DNA from: Clostridia bacterium
Lineage (GTDB): Bacteria; Bacillota; Clostridia; Christensenellales; Borkfalkiaceae
Reading direction: 5' to 3'
Assembly (NCBI GenBank): GCA_900767885.1
Contig: CAAGAU010000040.1
Coordinates: 602-64,601, forward strand
DNA length: 64,000 nucleotides
The position numbers were made by a program, and so were the translations under genes. Below are positions 47,213-57,498 of this stretch, one piece after another. Numbering within the stretch: position 1 is the first letter of the stretch; every line of letters starts with the position of its first letter. The notes under the pieces were generated by a model. The model ran no database searches, was not told the DNA's origin, and saw nothing but the letters and a program-made list of their open reading frames with translations.

Positions 47213-47432
47213 TCGTTTTTAAACGGTTAAAACCATTTTCCTACTTATAGCGGAATATTCATTATATATTATACCCGCAATGGTAGGCAGTACGACGAGG
47301 TTTCGTCGGAAGATTCGCTCCCGAAGTTAAAGCCAAAGCAAAGCAGTCTGCAAGGCGGCGGCAAAGTAGGTTTAAGAGCGATAGCAGACACGGGGTTTAA
47401 ACCCTATCTAAAATTTAAAGGAGGACATTATT

Positions 47433-47903
47433 ATGCCAAGAAGAGGTAACGTTCCTAAAAGGGACGTACTGCCCGATCCTATATACGGCAACAAGGTACT
47501 TACCAAACTTATCAATCAGGTAATGCTTGACGGCAAAAAGGGAACGGCGCAAACCATCGTTTACGACGCGCTTGCCAAAGCACAGGAAAAGTTGGGCGCA
47601 GAACCGATGGATATATTCAATCAAGCAATGAACAACGTTATGCCCCTTCTCGAAGTTAAAGCGAGGAGAGTAGGCGGTTCTAACTACCAGGTTCCTATCG
47701 AAATCAGACCCGAAAGAAGGCAAACTCTCGCTATCCGTTGGATAGTAGCGTCGGCAAGAAAGAGAAGCGACCGCGACATGAGCAACAAGCTCGCGTCGGA
47801 AATTATGGACGCTTACAACAACACCGGCGGCGCGGTCAAGAAGAAGGAAGACACGCATAGAATGGCGGAAGCGAACAAGGCGTTCGCGCATTACCGCTGG
47901 TAA
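47433..47903 (+). CDS. rpsG: 30S ribosomal protein S7
   Basis: [19 protein letters not shown]. Confidence 0.97.
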   Translation: MPRRGNVPKRDVLPDPIYGNKVLTKLINQVMLDGKKGTAQTIVYDALAKAQEKLGAEPMDIFNQAMNNVMPLLEVKARRVGGSNYQVPIEIRPERRQTLAIRWIVASARKRSDRDMSNKLASEIMDAYNNTGGAVKKKEDTHRMAEANKAFAHYRW

Positions 47904-47921
47904 GTCGCATAGGAGATAATT

Positions 47922-50009
47922 ATGCCAAGACAATACGACTTATATCATACCAGAAACATAGGTATAATGGCTCACATCGACGCGGGCAAAACCACCACTA
48001 CCGAGCGTATACTTTTCTACACGGGAAAGACGCACAAAATAGGCGAAACTCACGACGGCGCGGCTACCATGGACTTCATGGTGCAGGAACAGGAAAGAGG
48101 TATAACCATTTGTTCCGCAGCCACCACCTGTTTCTGGAAAGGCAACAGAATAAACATTATCGACACCCCGGGACACGTTGACTTTACCGTAGAGGTTGAA
48201 AGATCTCTCCGCGTACTCGACGGCGCGGTAGCAACTTTCTGCGCGAAGGGCGGCGTTGAGCCGCAGTCCGAAACCGTATGGCGTCAGGCGGACAAGTATC
48301 ACGTTCCCCGTATCGCTTACGTAAACAAGATGGACATCAACGGCGCGAACTTCGAAAACGCCGTAAACATGATGCGCGAAAGGCTTAAAGCCAACGCTAT
48401 TCCCATCTGCCTTCCTATCGGTAAGGAAGATACTTTCTGCGGTATTATCGACCTCGTTCAGAACGACAGTATAATCTATCACGACGATCTGGGCGTTAAA
48501 TTCACCGTAGGTCCTATCCCCGACGAGTATAAGGAAAAGGCAGCCGAAGCAAGACAAACCCTTATGGAGGCTTGCGCGGAACAGGACGACGCTTTAATGG
48601 AAAAATTCTTCGAAACGGGCGAACTTACCCCCGAAGAAATGAAGGGCGCGATAAGAAAAGCAACCCTTGCCATGAAGATGAACCCCGTTCTTTGCGGTTC
48701 GAGTTATAAAAACAGGGGCGTTCAGCACTTGCTCGACGCTATCATAGATTATCTTCCCAGTCCTATCGACGTAGACCACGTTAAGGGTATCAACCCCGAC
48801 ACCGACGAGGAAGAAGTGAGAAAAACCGACGACGAAGAGCCGTTTGCGGGTCTTGCGTTCAAGATGGTTGCCGATCCGTTCGTAGGTAAACTCGCTTATT
48901 TCAGAGTTTACTCGGGTACGCTCGAATCGGGTTCTTACGTTTACAACTCCACCAAGGGCAAGAAGGAAAGAGTCGGCAGACTCGTTCTGATGCACGCTAA
49001 CCACCGTGAGGAAATCGACAAGGTTTACTCGGGCGACATCTGCGCCATAGTAGGTCTTAAAGAAACCACCACCGGCGATACGCTTTGCGACGAAAATCAC
49101 CCGATTATCCTTGAAAAAATGGAATTCCCCGACCCGGTTATTCAGGTTGCTATCGAACCCAAGACCAAGGCCGGTCAGGAAAAGATGACCCTCGCGCTTT
49201 TAAAACTCGCGGAAGAAGACCCCACTTTCAAATTCTATACGGATAAGGAAACAGGGCAAACTATTATCGCGGGTATGGGCGAGTTGCACCTTGAAATTAT
49301 CGTAGACAGACTTCTGAGAGAATTCAAAGTCGAGGCTACGGTAGGTAAGCCGCAAGTTTCTTATAAGGAAACGTTCAGAAAGGCGGTCGAAGCCGAAGGT
49401 ATGTATAAACGTCAGTCCGGCGGTAAAGGTCAGTACGGTCATTGTAAAGTCAAGTTCGAGCCTTTGGAACCGGGCAGCGGTTTCGTCTTCGAAGACGCTA
49501 CCGTCGGCGGATCTATTCCCAAGGAATATATCGAGCCTGTCAGAAAGGGTATCGAAGAGGCTTCCAAGAACGGTTATCTTGCAGGATACGAAATGGTTGA
49601 CTTCAAAGCAACCGTTTACGACGGTAGTTATCACGAAGTCGACTCGTCCGAAATGGCGTTCAAGATTGCGGGTTCGCTCGCTTTCAAGGACGGTATGAAG
49701 AAAGCCAACCCCGTACTTTTAGAGCCTATAATGAAGGTAGAAATAGTTACCCCCGAAGATTACTTCGGCGACCTTATGGGCAACGTATCTTCCCGCCGCG
49801 GTACTATACTCGGTACGGAAGACAGAAACGGCTCCAAGGTTATCGACTCGTTTATCCCGCTTTCCGAAATGTTCGGTTACGCTACAGAACTTCGTTCGAG
49901 AACGCAGGGCAGAGGTCAGTTCACCATGCAGTTCGACCACTTCTCCGAATGTCCCAAGTCCATTTCGGAAAAGATTATCGGCGAAAGAGCGGTTAAGCAC
50001 GAGGACTGA
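47922..50009 (+). CDS. fusA: Elongation factor G
   Basis: [28 protein letters not shown]. Confidence 0.97.
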   Translation: MPRQYDLYHTRNIGIMAHIDAGKTTTTERILFYTGKTHKIGETHDGAATMDFMVQEQERGITICSAATTCFWKGNRINIIDTPGHVDFTVEVERSLRVLDGAVATFCAKGGVEPQSETVWRQADKYHVPRIAYVNKMDINGANFENAVNMMRERLKANAIPICLPIGKEDTFCGIIDLVQNDSIIYHDDLGVKFTVGPIPDEYKEKAAEARQTLMEACAEQDDALMEKFFETGELTPEEMKGAIRKATLAMKMNPVLCGSSYKNRGVQHLLDAIIDYLPSPIDVDHVKGINPDTDEEEVRKTDDEEPFAGLAFKMVADPFVGKLAYFRVYSGTLESGSYVYNSTKGKKERVGRLVLMHANHREEIDKVYSGDICAIVGLKETTTGDTLCDENHPIILEKMEFPDPVIQVAIEPKTKAGQEKMTLALLKLAEEDPTFKFYTDKETGQTIIAGMGELHLEIIVDRLLREFKVEATVGKPQVSYKETFRKAVEAEGMYKRQSGGKGQYGHCKVKFEPLEPGSGFVFEDATVGGSIPKEYIEPVRKGIEEASKNGYLAGYEMVDFKATVYDGSYHEVDSSEMAFKIAGSLAFKDGMKKANPVLLEPIMKVEIVTPEDYFGDLMGNVSSRRGTILGTEDRNGSKVIDSFIPLSEMFGYATELRSRTQGRGQFTMQFDHFSECPKSISEKIIGERAVKHED

Positions 50010-50135
50010 TTATAAATTAAGGCGGGCGGCACCTTATAAAAGCCGCGAATTAAAACGATTGCCGCGCCGCGGCGCACACGCCGCGGCGGTAATACAAAAT
50101 TATAAATAAATTCAATTTTTTTGGAGGAAACATCA

Positions 50136-51356
50136 ATGGCAAAAGCAAAATTTGACAGAAGCAAACCGCACGTAAACATCGGTACTATCGGCCACGTTGA
50201 CCACGGCAAGACCACGTTGACTGCCGCTATAACCATGGTTATGGCTGCTAAGGGCGACGCCGAAGCGATGAGATATGATCAGATCGATAAGGCACCCGAA
50301 GAAAAGGCGAGAGGTATTACGATTAACACTTCTCACGTTGAGTATCAGACCGACAAGAGACACTACGCTCACGTTGACTGCCCTGGACACGCGGACTACG
50401 TTAAGAACATGATCACCGGTGCCGCTCAGATGGACGGCGCGATCCTCGTTGTTGCCGCTACCGACGGTCCGATGCCCCAGACCAGAGAGCACATTCTTCT
50501 TGCTCGTCAGGTTGGCGTTCCCTATATCATCGTATTCCTTAACAAGTGCGATCAGGTAGACGACCCCGAACTTCTCGAACTCGTAGAAATGGAAGTCAGA
50601 GGACTTCTCGACGAGTACGGATTCCCCGGCGACGATACCCCCATCATCAAGGGTTCGGCTCTTAAAGCGTTGGAAAAGGCTTCCAGCGGTTGCTCGAAGG
50701 AAGAAATCCTTAACGCTCCCGAGTGCCAATGCATCATCGAACTCATGGACGCTATCGACAACTATATCCCCACTCCCGAAAGAGACGACGCTAAGCCGTT
50801 TGCTCTTCCCGTAGAAGACGTATTCACGATCAGCGGTCGTGGTACCGTTGCTACCGGCAGAGTTGAAAGAGGCGTAGGCCACGTTGGCGATCCCGTTGAA
50901 ATCGTTGGTTTGCAAGAGAAACCCACTACCTCGGTTATTACCGGTCTTGAAATGTTCAGAAAGACCCTTGACGAGGCTCAGGCGGGCGATAACGTAGGCG
51001 CACTTCTTCGTGGTATCGACAGAAGCGGTATCGAAAGAGGTCAGGTTATAGCGAAACCCGGCACTATCACTGCTCACACCGAGTTCAGCGGTCAGGTTTA
51101 CGTTTTGACTAAGGAAGAAGGCGGACGTCATACTCCTTTCTTCAACAACTATCGTCCTCAATTCTATTTCAGAACTACCGACGTTACGGGAACTATTAAA
51201 CTTCCCGACGGAGTAGAAATGGTTATGCCCGGCGACCACATCACCATCGACGTAACCCTTATCACTCCTATCGCTTGCGAAGAGGGACTTCGTTTCGCTA
51301 TTCGTGAAGGCGGCAGAACCGTTGGTTCGGGCGTTGTTGCTAAGGTTATTAAATAA
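50136..51356 (+). CDS. tuf: Elongation factor Tu
   Basis: ATG 50136 follows GGAGGA; [28 protein letters not shown]. Confidence 0.97.
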   Translation: MAKAKFDRSKPHVNIGTIGHVDHGKTTLTAAITMVMAAKGDAEAMRYDQIDKAPEEKARGITINTSHVEYQTDKRHYAHVDCPGHADYVKNMITGAAQMDGAILVVAATDGPMPQTREHILLARQVGVPYIIVFLNKCDQVDDPELLELVEMEVRGLLDEYGFPGDDTPIIKGSALKALEKASSGCSKEEILNAPECQCIIELMDAIDNYIPTPERDDAKPFALPVEDVFTISGRGTVATGRVERGVGHVGDPVEIVGLQEKPTTSVITGLEMFRKTLDEAQAGDNVGALLRGIDRSGIERGQVIAKPGTITAHTEFSGQVYVLTKEEGGRHTPFFNNYRPQFYFRTTDVTGTIKLPDGVEMVMPGDHITIDVTLITPIACEEGLRFAIREGGRTVGSGVVAKVIK

Positions 51357-51376
51357 TCTTTACTTTAAAAAACTTT

Positions 51377-51415
51377 ACAGCCGTGCAAGGTTATCCTTGC
51401 ACGGCTGTTTGTTTA
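51377..51415 (+). terminator. Rho-independent terminator after tuf
   Basis: ACAGCCGTGCAAGG / CCTTGCACGGCTGT perfect stem followed by a T-rich tail. Confidence 0.8.
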
Positions 51416-51431
51416 TTTTACCCGCAAAGGA

Positions 51432-51460
51432 TTGACATAATCGGTTAAAGAGCGTATAAT
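51432..51460 (+). promoter_or_regulatory. Consensus sigma-A promoter 9 nt upstream of the AEC transporter ATG
   Basis: TTGACA, 17-bp spacer, TATAAT (51455-51460); ATG at 51470; no SD possible. Confidence 0.65.
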
Positions 51461-51469
51461 AATGCCCGT

Positions 51470-52423
51470 ATGTATTTTACCGTTACGCTTTACGCCGTTT
51501 TAATAATGTTTATCGTCGGTGCGATAGGCTTTGCTTTAAAAAAGACTAATCTTATATCCGAACACGCGTCCAAAGACTTGTCTAAAATACTCGTCTACGT
51601 TTGTCAACCCGCCCTTATCTGGTATTCGTTCGATAAGTGTCGCTTTACCTCATCGTCGCTCATGAATGTAGGCATTACTTTTATTTCGGTTGCCGTTATA
51701 ATGTGTCTTGTTATGTTCGTATTTTATTGTATATTCAAAAAAAAATACGAAAACGACGATTACAGAATTTATACCGTTTGCTCGGCTATGTCCAACTACG
51801 CGTTTTTCGGTATTCCCATTTTAACGGCGGTTTTTCCCGATAAAATTTCCGACCTTATGGTGCTGTCGGCGACCGCGGCGGTCGTTCTTAACCTGATAGG
51901 CTGGTCGCTTGCGTGTTTTATAATTACGGGCGAAAAGAAATACGTCAGTCCCAAAAAAATCCTTATCAATCCGTCGTTACTCATTTTAATCGTCGTATTG
52001 CCCCTCTTTTTTTGCAACGTGCATTTGTCGGGGAGCGAAAACGAGTTCCTTTCTCTGTTCGGCGATATGATAGAACTTGTGGGAAGAACGGCAACGCTCG
52101 TATTTATGCTCGTACTCGGCATGCGCCTTGCGTCGTCCGACTTAAAAGAAATATTCTGCAATTACCGCCTGTACCTGATTTGTTTTTTCAAACAAGTGGT
52201 ATTGCCGCTTATCGTTTTTGCGATTTTTTATTTTATTCCCGTCGACGTCGAACTTAAACAAACGCTTTTCGTACTGTTTTGTTGTCCGATAGCGAGCGTC
52301 GCGCTAAACTACGCCGAAATGGTCGGCAGAGGACAGAATACGGCGGCTAACACGGTTTTGTTGTCCGTTGCCTCGTCTGTCGTTACCATCCCCGTAATGA
52401 CGCTGTTATTAAACGTTTTTTAG
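51470..52423 (+). CDS. AEC (auxin efflux carrier) family transporter
   Basis: ~10 TM helices, 317 aa, two-repeat membrane topology typical of AEC permeases. Confidence 0.65.
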   Translation: MYFTVTLYAVLIMFIVGAIGFALKKTNLISEHASKDLSKILVYVCQPALIWYSFDKCRFTSSSLMNVGITFISVAVIMCLVMFVFYCIFKKKYENDDYRIYTVCSAMSNYAFFGIPILTAVFPDKISDLMVLSATAAVVLNLIGWSLACFIITGEKKYVSPKKILINPSLLILIVVLPLFFCNVHLSGSENEFLSLFGDMIELVGRTATLVFMLVLGMRLASSDLKEIFCNYRLYLICFFKQVVLPLIVFAIFYFIPVDVELKQTLFVLFCCPIASVALNYAEMVGRGQNTAANTVLLSVASSVVTIPVMTLLLNVF

Positions 52424-52453
52424 ATCTACCGATAGCCAAAATTTGAAAATGTC

Positions 52454-52482
52454 TTGACTTTTTATTGTAATAATAGTATAAT
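52454..52482 (+). promoter_or_regulatory. Sigma-A promoter
   Basis: TTGACT, 17-bp spacer, TATAAT. Confidence 0.6.
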
Positions 52483-52537
52483 GTTATCAGTTGGCAAGCC
52501 GTTTATATAAGTGCTTGCAACGATAAGGAGAAAAGTT

Positions 52538-52852
52538 ATGTATTGCAAAAACTGTGGGCAAGAGATAGACGATAAAGCCGTCATATGTCCCAAATGCGGA
52601 GTTCAGGTAGCCGAGTGTAAAACATCAACCGATTCGTCGAGTTTCGGTTACGCCCTGTTGGGCTTTTTTATACCGATAGTCGGGCTGATTTTGTTTCTCA
52701 TCTGGAAAGACGAGTATCCGTTAAGGGCGAAGTCGGCGGGCAAAGGCGCGCTCGTTTCGGTAATCGTGTCTGTCGTATTGGGCATAATTTACGGCGTAAT
52801 CATCGGCGTGGCTATTGCGACGAGTCCGATATTGTATTGTAAGATACTTTAA
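52538..52852 (+). CDS. Zinc-ribbon membrane protein (104 aa)
   Basis: ATG 52538 follows AAGGAG; MYCKNCGQEIDDKAVICPKCG zinc ribbon, then two TM helices. Confidence 0.65.
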   Translation: MYCKNCGQEIDDKAVICPKCGVQVAECKTSTDSSSFGYALLGFFIPIVGLILFLIWKDEYPLRAKSAGKGALVSVIVSVVLGIIYGVIIGVAIATSPILYCKIL

Positions 52853-52883
52853 AAAAGCCGATATTATAGGTTGTATAACAAAA

Positions 52884-52915
52884 GCTGCCGTCGGGTTTAC
52901 CGTCCGGCAGTTTTT
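52884..52915 (+). terminator. Rho-independent terminator
   Basis: GCTGCCG...CGGCAG stem followed by TTTTT. Confidence 0.65.
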
Positions 52916-53139
52916 AATATTAAACCGAAAAAACAGCGCAAAGTCTGTATTCGGGTTAATTTTAATAATTTTTCATAAATTTTATTATTTTGGCGCAAAA
53001 ACAGTTTACAAAAATAAAAATATGATATATAATACGCGTACATTGGCGTTTGGCTCGTGTATGCGTATTTTTTGTGTAAATACGGGCAAGCGTTACATAT
53101 TATATAATACGGAGAAGAAAGAATCGTCTGGAGGTAAAA

Positions 53140-53673
53140 ATGAAGTACGTCAAGTGTCCGAGATGCGATACGAATTATATGTTGGAGGGTGAGCCGTATT
53201 GCGACGTCTGTAAGGCGGAACTGAAAATCGGACCGCAAATAAAATTTGCCGCGCTTGACGGCGAAGACGAGCAGGAACAAATCCTTTGTCCCGTTTGTAA
53301 GCGCAATTTTATAGACGAAGGCGAGGATATGTGCGAAGAATGTCGCGAGGCGGCGAGCGAAAAGGTTCGCGATGAGAAAGAAGAGGTCGATCCCGACAAC
53401 GACGAAGAATGGAGAAACTATCTCGACGAGGACGAAAAAGAGGCTATAAGCAACCAGGGCGACGATACCGAAGAAATGCTCTCGCTTTCGCAACTCGAAG
53501 AGGAAGAGGCAAAGAAGTTGTTTGACGACGAGGAAGAACCCGAAGACGACTTTTATGACAACGAAGTTCACGACGACGAAGACGATTTCGAGTATCCCAC
53601 CGATATAGGCGAGTACAGCGAAGAAGACGAAGAGGAAGACGAGGACGAAAAAGACTTTGACGACGAGGAATAA
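53140..53673 (+). CDS. Double zinc-ribbon protein with an extremely acidic C-terminal half; function unknown
   Basis: GGAGG RBS. CPRC-x11-CDVC and CPVC-x11-CEEC. By hand count, 73 of 177 residues are Asp/Glu versus 17 Lys/Arg. Confidence 0.6.
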   Translation: MKYVKCPRCDTNYMLEGEPYCDVCKAELKIGPQIKFAALDGEDEQEQILCPVCKRNFIDEGEDMCEECREAASEKVRDEKEEVDPDNDEEWRNYLDEDEKEAISNQGDDTEEMLSLSQLEEEEAKKLFDDEEEPEDDFYDNEVHDDEDDFEYPTDIGEYSEEDEEEDEDEKDFDDEE

Positions 53674-53703
53674 GTTTGCGGATATCCGTCAATAATCATA
53701 TAT

Positions 53704-53940
53704 ATGATTAAAAGCGGCGAAGATATCAGTAAAGTTAAACTTGCGGTTGCGGCTTGCCTTAATAAAGAGGTAAGCGTAAAAGTCAACCTTGGCAGAAACA
53801 AATTCGTAACGTACAGCGGCAGACTTACAAGCGTTTATCCCGCGTTGTTTACCGTTTCGCCTACGGATAATTTTAACGGAAAAACGAGTTTTTCGTATTC
53901 CGAGGTAATGTGCGGAAGCGTCAGCATAGTACGAAAATAG
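53704..53940 (+). CDS. veg: Veg family protein
   Basis: 78 aa; LGRNKFVTYSGRLTSVYPALFTV...SFSYSEVMCGSV parallels B. subtilis Veg ([23 protein letters not shown]...SYSYADILT). Confidence 0.75.
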   Translation: MIKSGEDISKVKLAVAACLNKEVSVKVNLGRNKFVTYSGRLTSVYPALFTVSPTDNFNGKTSFSYSEVMCGSVSIVRK

Positions 53941-53960
53941 ATATTTAATTTACTGCGATT

Positions 53961-53999
53961 TACGGCGCAGCCGCCCGAAGGCGGCTGCGCCGTATTTTT
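53961..53999 (+). terminator. Rho-independent terminator after veg
   Basis: TACGGCGCAGCCGCC / GGCGGCTGCGCCGTA perfect stem, loop CGAA, then TTTTT. Confidence 0.8.
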
Positions 54000-54027
54000 G
54001 TGTGGCATAAAACTAAAATTTTCTTAT

Positions 54028-55431
54028 TTATATAAACTGTAAAACGTCTACCAGAATGGCAAAACCCAGCAGCAGGAGCAAGCCTATGGCATGTATCGCG
54101 CCTTCCACTTTGCGATTGACGGGTTTTTTGAATATCCATTCTATAAGGCAGAACACTATGCGCGCGCCGTCGAGCGCGGGGATCGGCAGCAGGTTGAATA
54201 CCGCCAGGTTTACGCCTATCAGCGCGGTAATCTGCAGTGCGAAAAACCAACCGTAACTGATTAACTGGCTTGCCGTTTTTATGGTCGTTATAGTGCCGCC
54301 TACGGCCCTTATACCTATTTTACCGGTTATAAGTTGACCTAAACTTGTAAACACCGTGCCGGCTATTTTAAACGAGTATACGAACGAATGCCCCAGAGTT
54401 TTGAAAAAACCGAACTTGGCGTAAGCCGCGTTTACGTAATATTCTTTTTCGCCGAAAGTTACGCCGAAATATGCGGCAATCGCTTCCGCCGAGGACTTAT
54501 CCGCGTTTTGCCACTCTTCGCCGAGCGCGACGGGGATAGCCGTAGGCGAGTTTTCGCCCGCAATGAAAAAGTATACGCTTGTGTTGGCGGCCTTATCTTT
54601 AAGCGCGTTGAAAAAGTCGGTTTCGTCGTCTATAAAAGTCGCCGAATCGCGGTCGTCGGTATCGCCTATTCTTAAAAGTATATCGCCGTTTTTAAAAGGT
54701 GAGGTAACGCCGTTTTCGACTTTCATCGTAAGCGCGGAACCAAAACCGAGCGCGTCGTAGACCTTATTTACTTCGGTCATGTTGGCAAGTTTTAAATCCT
54801 CGCGCAAAACGACTTTTCTTACTTCGCTCGTCTCGCGCGCGTATTTACCGTCCTTTCTTAAAACGCCTATTTCCACCGTCTGCCCCGCCTTTACGTCTTT
54901 CAACGCCTGCGTTAAATCGGTGGTTATATATACGCTCGTTTTTTTGCCGTTTACCTTTACCCACTCTATATAATCGCCGTCCGACAACGACTGTTCGGTT
55001 TTAACGCCGTCGTTCACGTGCGAAACGCCTATTACCTGTTGCCCGTAAACGCCGAAAGTTATGGCTATAACGACAAGCGCGAGCAGGTAGTTCATGGTTG
55101 CGCCGGCAAGCAAAACGAGTATTCTTTGCCACGGTTTTTTGCGGTTGAAGGAGTTTTCGTCCTCTTTATCGTCGTCCTCGCCGTCAAAAGCGCAGAATCC
55201 GCCGAGCGGTAACGATCTTACGGAGAAAACCTCGCCGCTTTTAAGTTTGCGTTTAAACAGCGCGGGACCCATACCTATGGCGAATTCGTTTATTTTAAAC
55301 TTGAAAAGTTTGCCTACGAAATAATGTCCCGCCTCGTGAACGGTTATCATTATAAGCAGTATAAGCACCGCTATCGCCACGTAGCCTATATTTTTAAGTA
55401 CCGCCGAGGCGGCAAGCAGGTTATTTAACAA
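54028..55431 (-). CDS. rseP: RIP site-2 metalloprotease (M50, RseP/RasP)
   Basis: HEAGHYFVGK (HExxH) and NLLPIPALDG motifs; central PDZ-like region. Confidence 0.85.
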   Translation of the reverse strand: MLNNLLAASAVLKNIGYVAIAVLILLIMITVHEAGHYFVGKLFKFKINEFAIGMGPALFKRKLKSGEVFSVRSLPLGGFCAFDGEDDDKEDENSFNRKKPWQRILVLLAGATMNYLLALVVIAITFGVYGQQVIGVSHVNDGVKTEQSLSDGDYIEWVKVNGKKTSVYITTDLTQALKDVKAGQTVEIGVLRKDGKYARETSEVRKVVLREDLKLANMTEVNKVYDALGFGSALTMKVENGVTSPFKNGDILLRIGDTDDRDSATFIDDETDFFNALKDKAANTSVYFFIAGENSPTAIPVALGEEWQNADKSSAEAIAAYFGVTFGEKEYYVNAAYAKFGFFKTLGHSFVYSFKIAGTVFTSLGQLITGKIGIRAVGGTITTIKTASQLISYGWFFALQITALIGVNLAVFNLLPIPALDGARIVFCLIEWIFKKPVNRKVEGAIHAIGLLLLLGFAILVDVLQFI

Positions 55432-56563
55432 TTTTTACCTCCGATAAAGCCGTTTTACGCGCGAACGCGTCGGTTAAAACGAGATTGTCGTAAGTCGACT
55501 CCGTTCGCGGAGTTTTTTCGACTACTTTTGAAATTATATCCGATATATCGTAAAACCCTATTTCGCCCTTTAAATACGCCGCTACGGCTATCTCGTTAGC
55601 CGCATTCATGGCGCAAGGGTAGTTGTCGCCCTTTTTGAATGAGTCGAGCGCAATTGAAAAACACGGAAACCTGTCGCTATCTATCTCGCCGAAAGTAAGC
55701 GATTTGCCCGCAAGGTCGAGGGGCGGTACGCCCGTATTCAGTCTTTCGGGGTAGGTCAGCGCGAGTTGAATGGGGATTTCCATAGAAGGGTAGCCGAGTT
55801 GAGCCATAACCGCGCCGTCGGCAAACCGCACCATTGAATGAATAATGCTTTCGGGGTGAATAATCGCCTCGACTTTTTCAAGCGGCGCGCTATAAAGCCT
55901 GCACGCTTCTATTATCTCCAACCCTTTGTTTAAGAGAGTCGCGCAGTCGATAGTGATTTTTTTGCCCATCTGCCAGTTGGGGTGTTTAAGCGCGTCTGCG
56001 GCGACCGCTTTTTCTATTTCCGACTTTTTAAGGTTGCGGAACGCCCCGCCCGAAGCGGTGATTATAAGTTTTTCGAACTCGGCGTTTAAGTTGAAGTTAA
56101 GGCATTGAAATATCGCCGAATGTTCGCTGTCCACAGGGATAATTTTAACGCCTTTTTCCTTTGCGCGGCGCATAACGATTTCTCCGCCGGCAACGAGCGT
56201 TTCCTTATTGGCGAGCGCGATATTCTTGCCTGCCTCTATCGCCTCGAGCGTGGGTCTTAACCCCGCAAAGCCCGATATCGCCACAAAAACTATATCGCAA
56301 TCCTGCGTTATAGCGTGAATAACGGCATTTTCGCCCGTATAAAGGCAAGTGTTTTGCGGCAGGGATTTTATAGCCTGCGCTTTTGAAGAATCGGCAAGCG
56401 CAACTACTTCGGGTTTTAAAAGTCGTATTTGTTCGTTTAAAATTTCTGCCGAGGAATTTGCCGCAAGCGAAACTATTTTGAATTTATCGCTATGCCTGAG
56501 CGCGGTGTTTACCACTTGTTTCCCGATAGATCCGGTCGAACCGAGCAACGCTATTTTCAACAT
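55421..56563 (-). CDS. dxr: 1-deoxy-D-xylulose 5-phosphate reductoisomerase
   Basis: LLGSTGSIGKQ NADPH loop; VDSEHSAIFQC. Confidence 0.9.
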   Translation of the reverse strand: MLKIALLGSTGSIGKQVVNTALRHSDKFKIVSLAANSSAEILNEQIRLLKPEVVALADSSKAQAIKSLPQNTCLYTGENAVIHAITQDCDIVFVAISGFAGLRPTLEAIEAGKNIALANKETLVAGGEIVMRRAKEKGVKIIPVDSEHSAIFQCLNFNLNAEFEKLIITASGGAFRNLKKSEIEKAVAADALKHPNWQMGKKITIDCATLLNKGLEIIEACRLYSAPLEKVEAIIHPESIIHSMVRFADGAVMAQLGYPSMEIPIQLALTYPERLNTGVPPLDLAGKSLTFGEIDSDRFPCFSIALDSFKKGDNYPCAMNAANEIAVAAYLKGEIGFYDISDIISKVVEKTPRTESTYDNLVLTDAFARKTALSEVKIVK

Positions 56564-56628
56564 TTTTATAACGAGCCGCCGTGATTTACGCGGCGGCTCA
56601 TCTCCTGTTTAGTATATTGTTATTTTAA

Positions 56629-57498
56629 TCAGATTATGAGTGCGGGCAGTAAAACGCAGAATATTACCGCCGCGACGGGCGCAACGAATAACAGACCGTC
56701 TATCCTGTCCATAATTCCGCCGTGTCCGGGCAAAATATCGCCCATATCCTTTATGCCGAGTTTGCGTTTTACCGTACTTTCCGCCAGATCGCCGAGTTCG
56801 GTCAGCGCGGCGAATACCGCTCCTACAAGAGCAAAAGTAAGCGCGTCCGCCCAGACGGGACCGAAACAGACGGGAGTATAATAAAACCACTTCATGCCGA
56901 AATACACGGCAACGCCGCCTATAATTCCGCCTATAATTCCGCCTATTGCACCGCTTATCGTCTTATTGGGCGATATTTCGGGGCAAAGTTTTTTACCTTT
57001 TAGCGCGCTGCCGACGAAGAACGCCGCCACGTCGCAAAAGGGTGCGGTTACAAAAACGAGCAGTAACGCCTCGAAAGGCGCAACCGTATTTACCGCAACC
57101 AGCGTAAGTAAAAATACCGACGGGTAAAAAATACATACCAGCGTTAATCCCACGCTTTCTATCGTGGAATTTTTAAAGGCGAAAACCAGAAGTCCCATAG
57201 TCAGCAACACGAAGATTACGAGAACGGTAAAAATAAACGCCATTCTGCCGAAAGAGGCTATTGTAAACGAAACCGCGGGAAAGGTAAGGGCGACCGTTTT
57301 TTCTTTTTTATTCATTCTTTCGTCCAGGGCGCGCACCATTTCGACAGTGCCGAGTTCCGCCATAACGAACAGTGCGAAGTTAAACAGCAACACGCCGCCT
57401 GCCACGCCGAATATGGGCGCGGTCCAAAAAATTTTGGCAAGGAACAATCCGACGAGCAAAATCACTATACCCGTGCCGGTTAAAATTCTTTTCTTCAT
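56629..57498 (-). CDS. cdsA: Phosphatidate cytidylyltransferase
   Basis: ATG 57498 overlaps the uppS TAA by 1 nt; signature STVKRKLGIKDMGDILPGHGGIMDRIDG. Confidence 0.9.
   Translation of the reverse strand: MKKRILTGTGIVILLVGLFLAKIFWTAPIFGVAGGVLLFNFALFVMAELGTVEMVRALDERMNKKEKTVALTFPAVSFTIASFGRMAFIFTVLVIFVLLTMGLLVFAFKNSTIESVGLTLVCIFYPSVFLLTLVAVNTVAPFEALLLVFVTAPFCDVAAFFVGSALKGKKLCPEISPNKTISGAIGGIIGGIIGGVAVYFGMKWFYYTPVCFGPVWADALTFALVGAVFAALTELGDLAESTVKRKLGIKDMGDILPGHGGIMDRIDGLLFVAPVAAVIFCVLLPALII

Noticed and set aside
50133-51239. 368-aa ORF on the minus strand
   Set aside because: It is antisense to tuf, an unambiguous EF-Tu gene. It is a shadow ORF.
53005-53073. Consensus-like promoter (TTTACA, 17-bp spacer, TATAAT) immediately followed by a 9-bp hairpin plus T-run; possible tiny sRNA or attenuator
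   Set aside because: The left arm of the hairpin starts directly after the -10, so a transcript from this promoter would lack most of it. The two signals are mutually inconsistent, and the region is very AT-rich.
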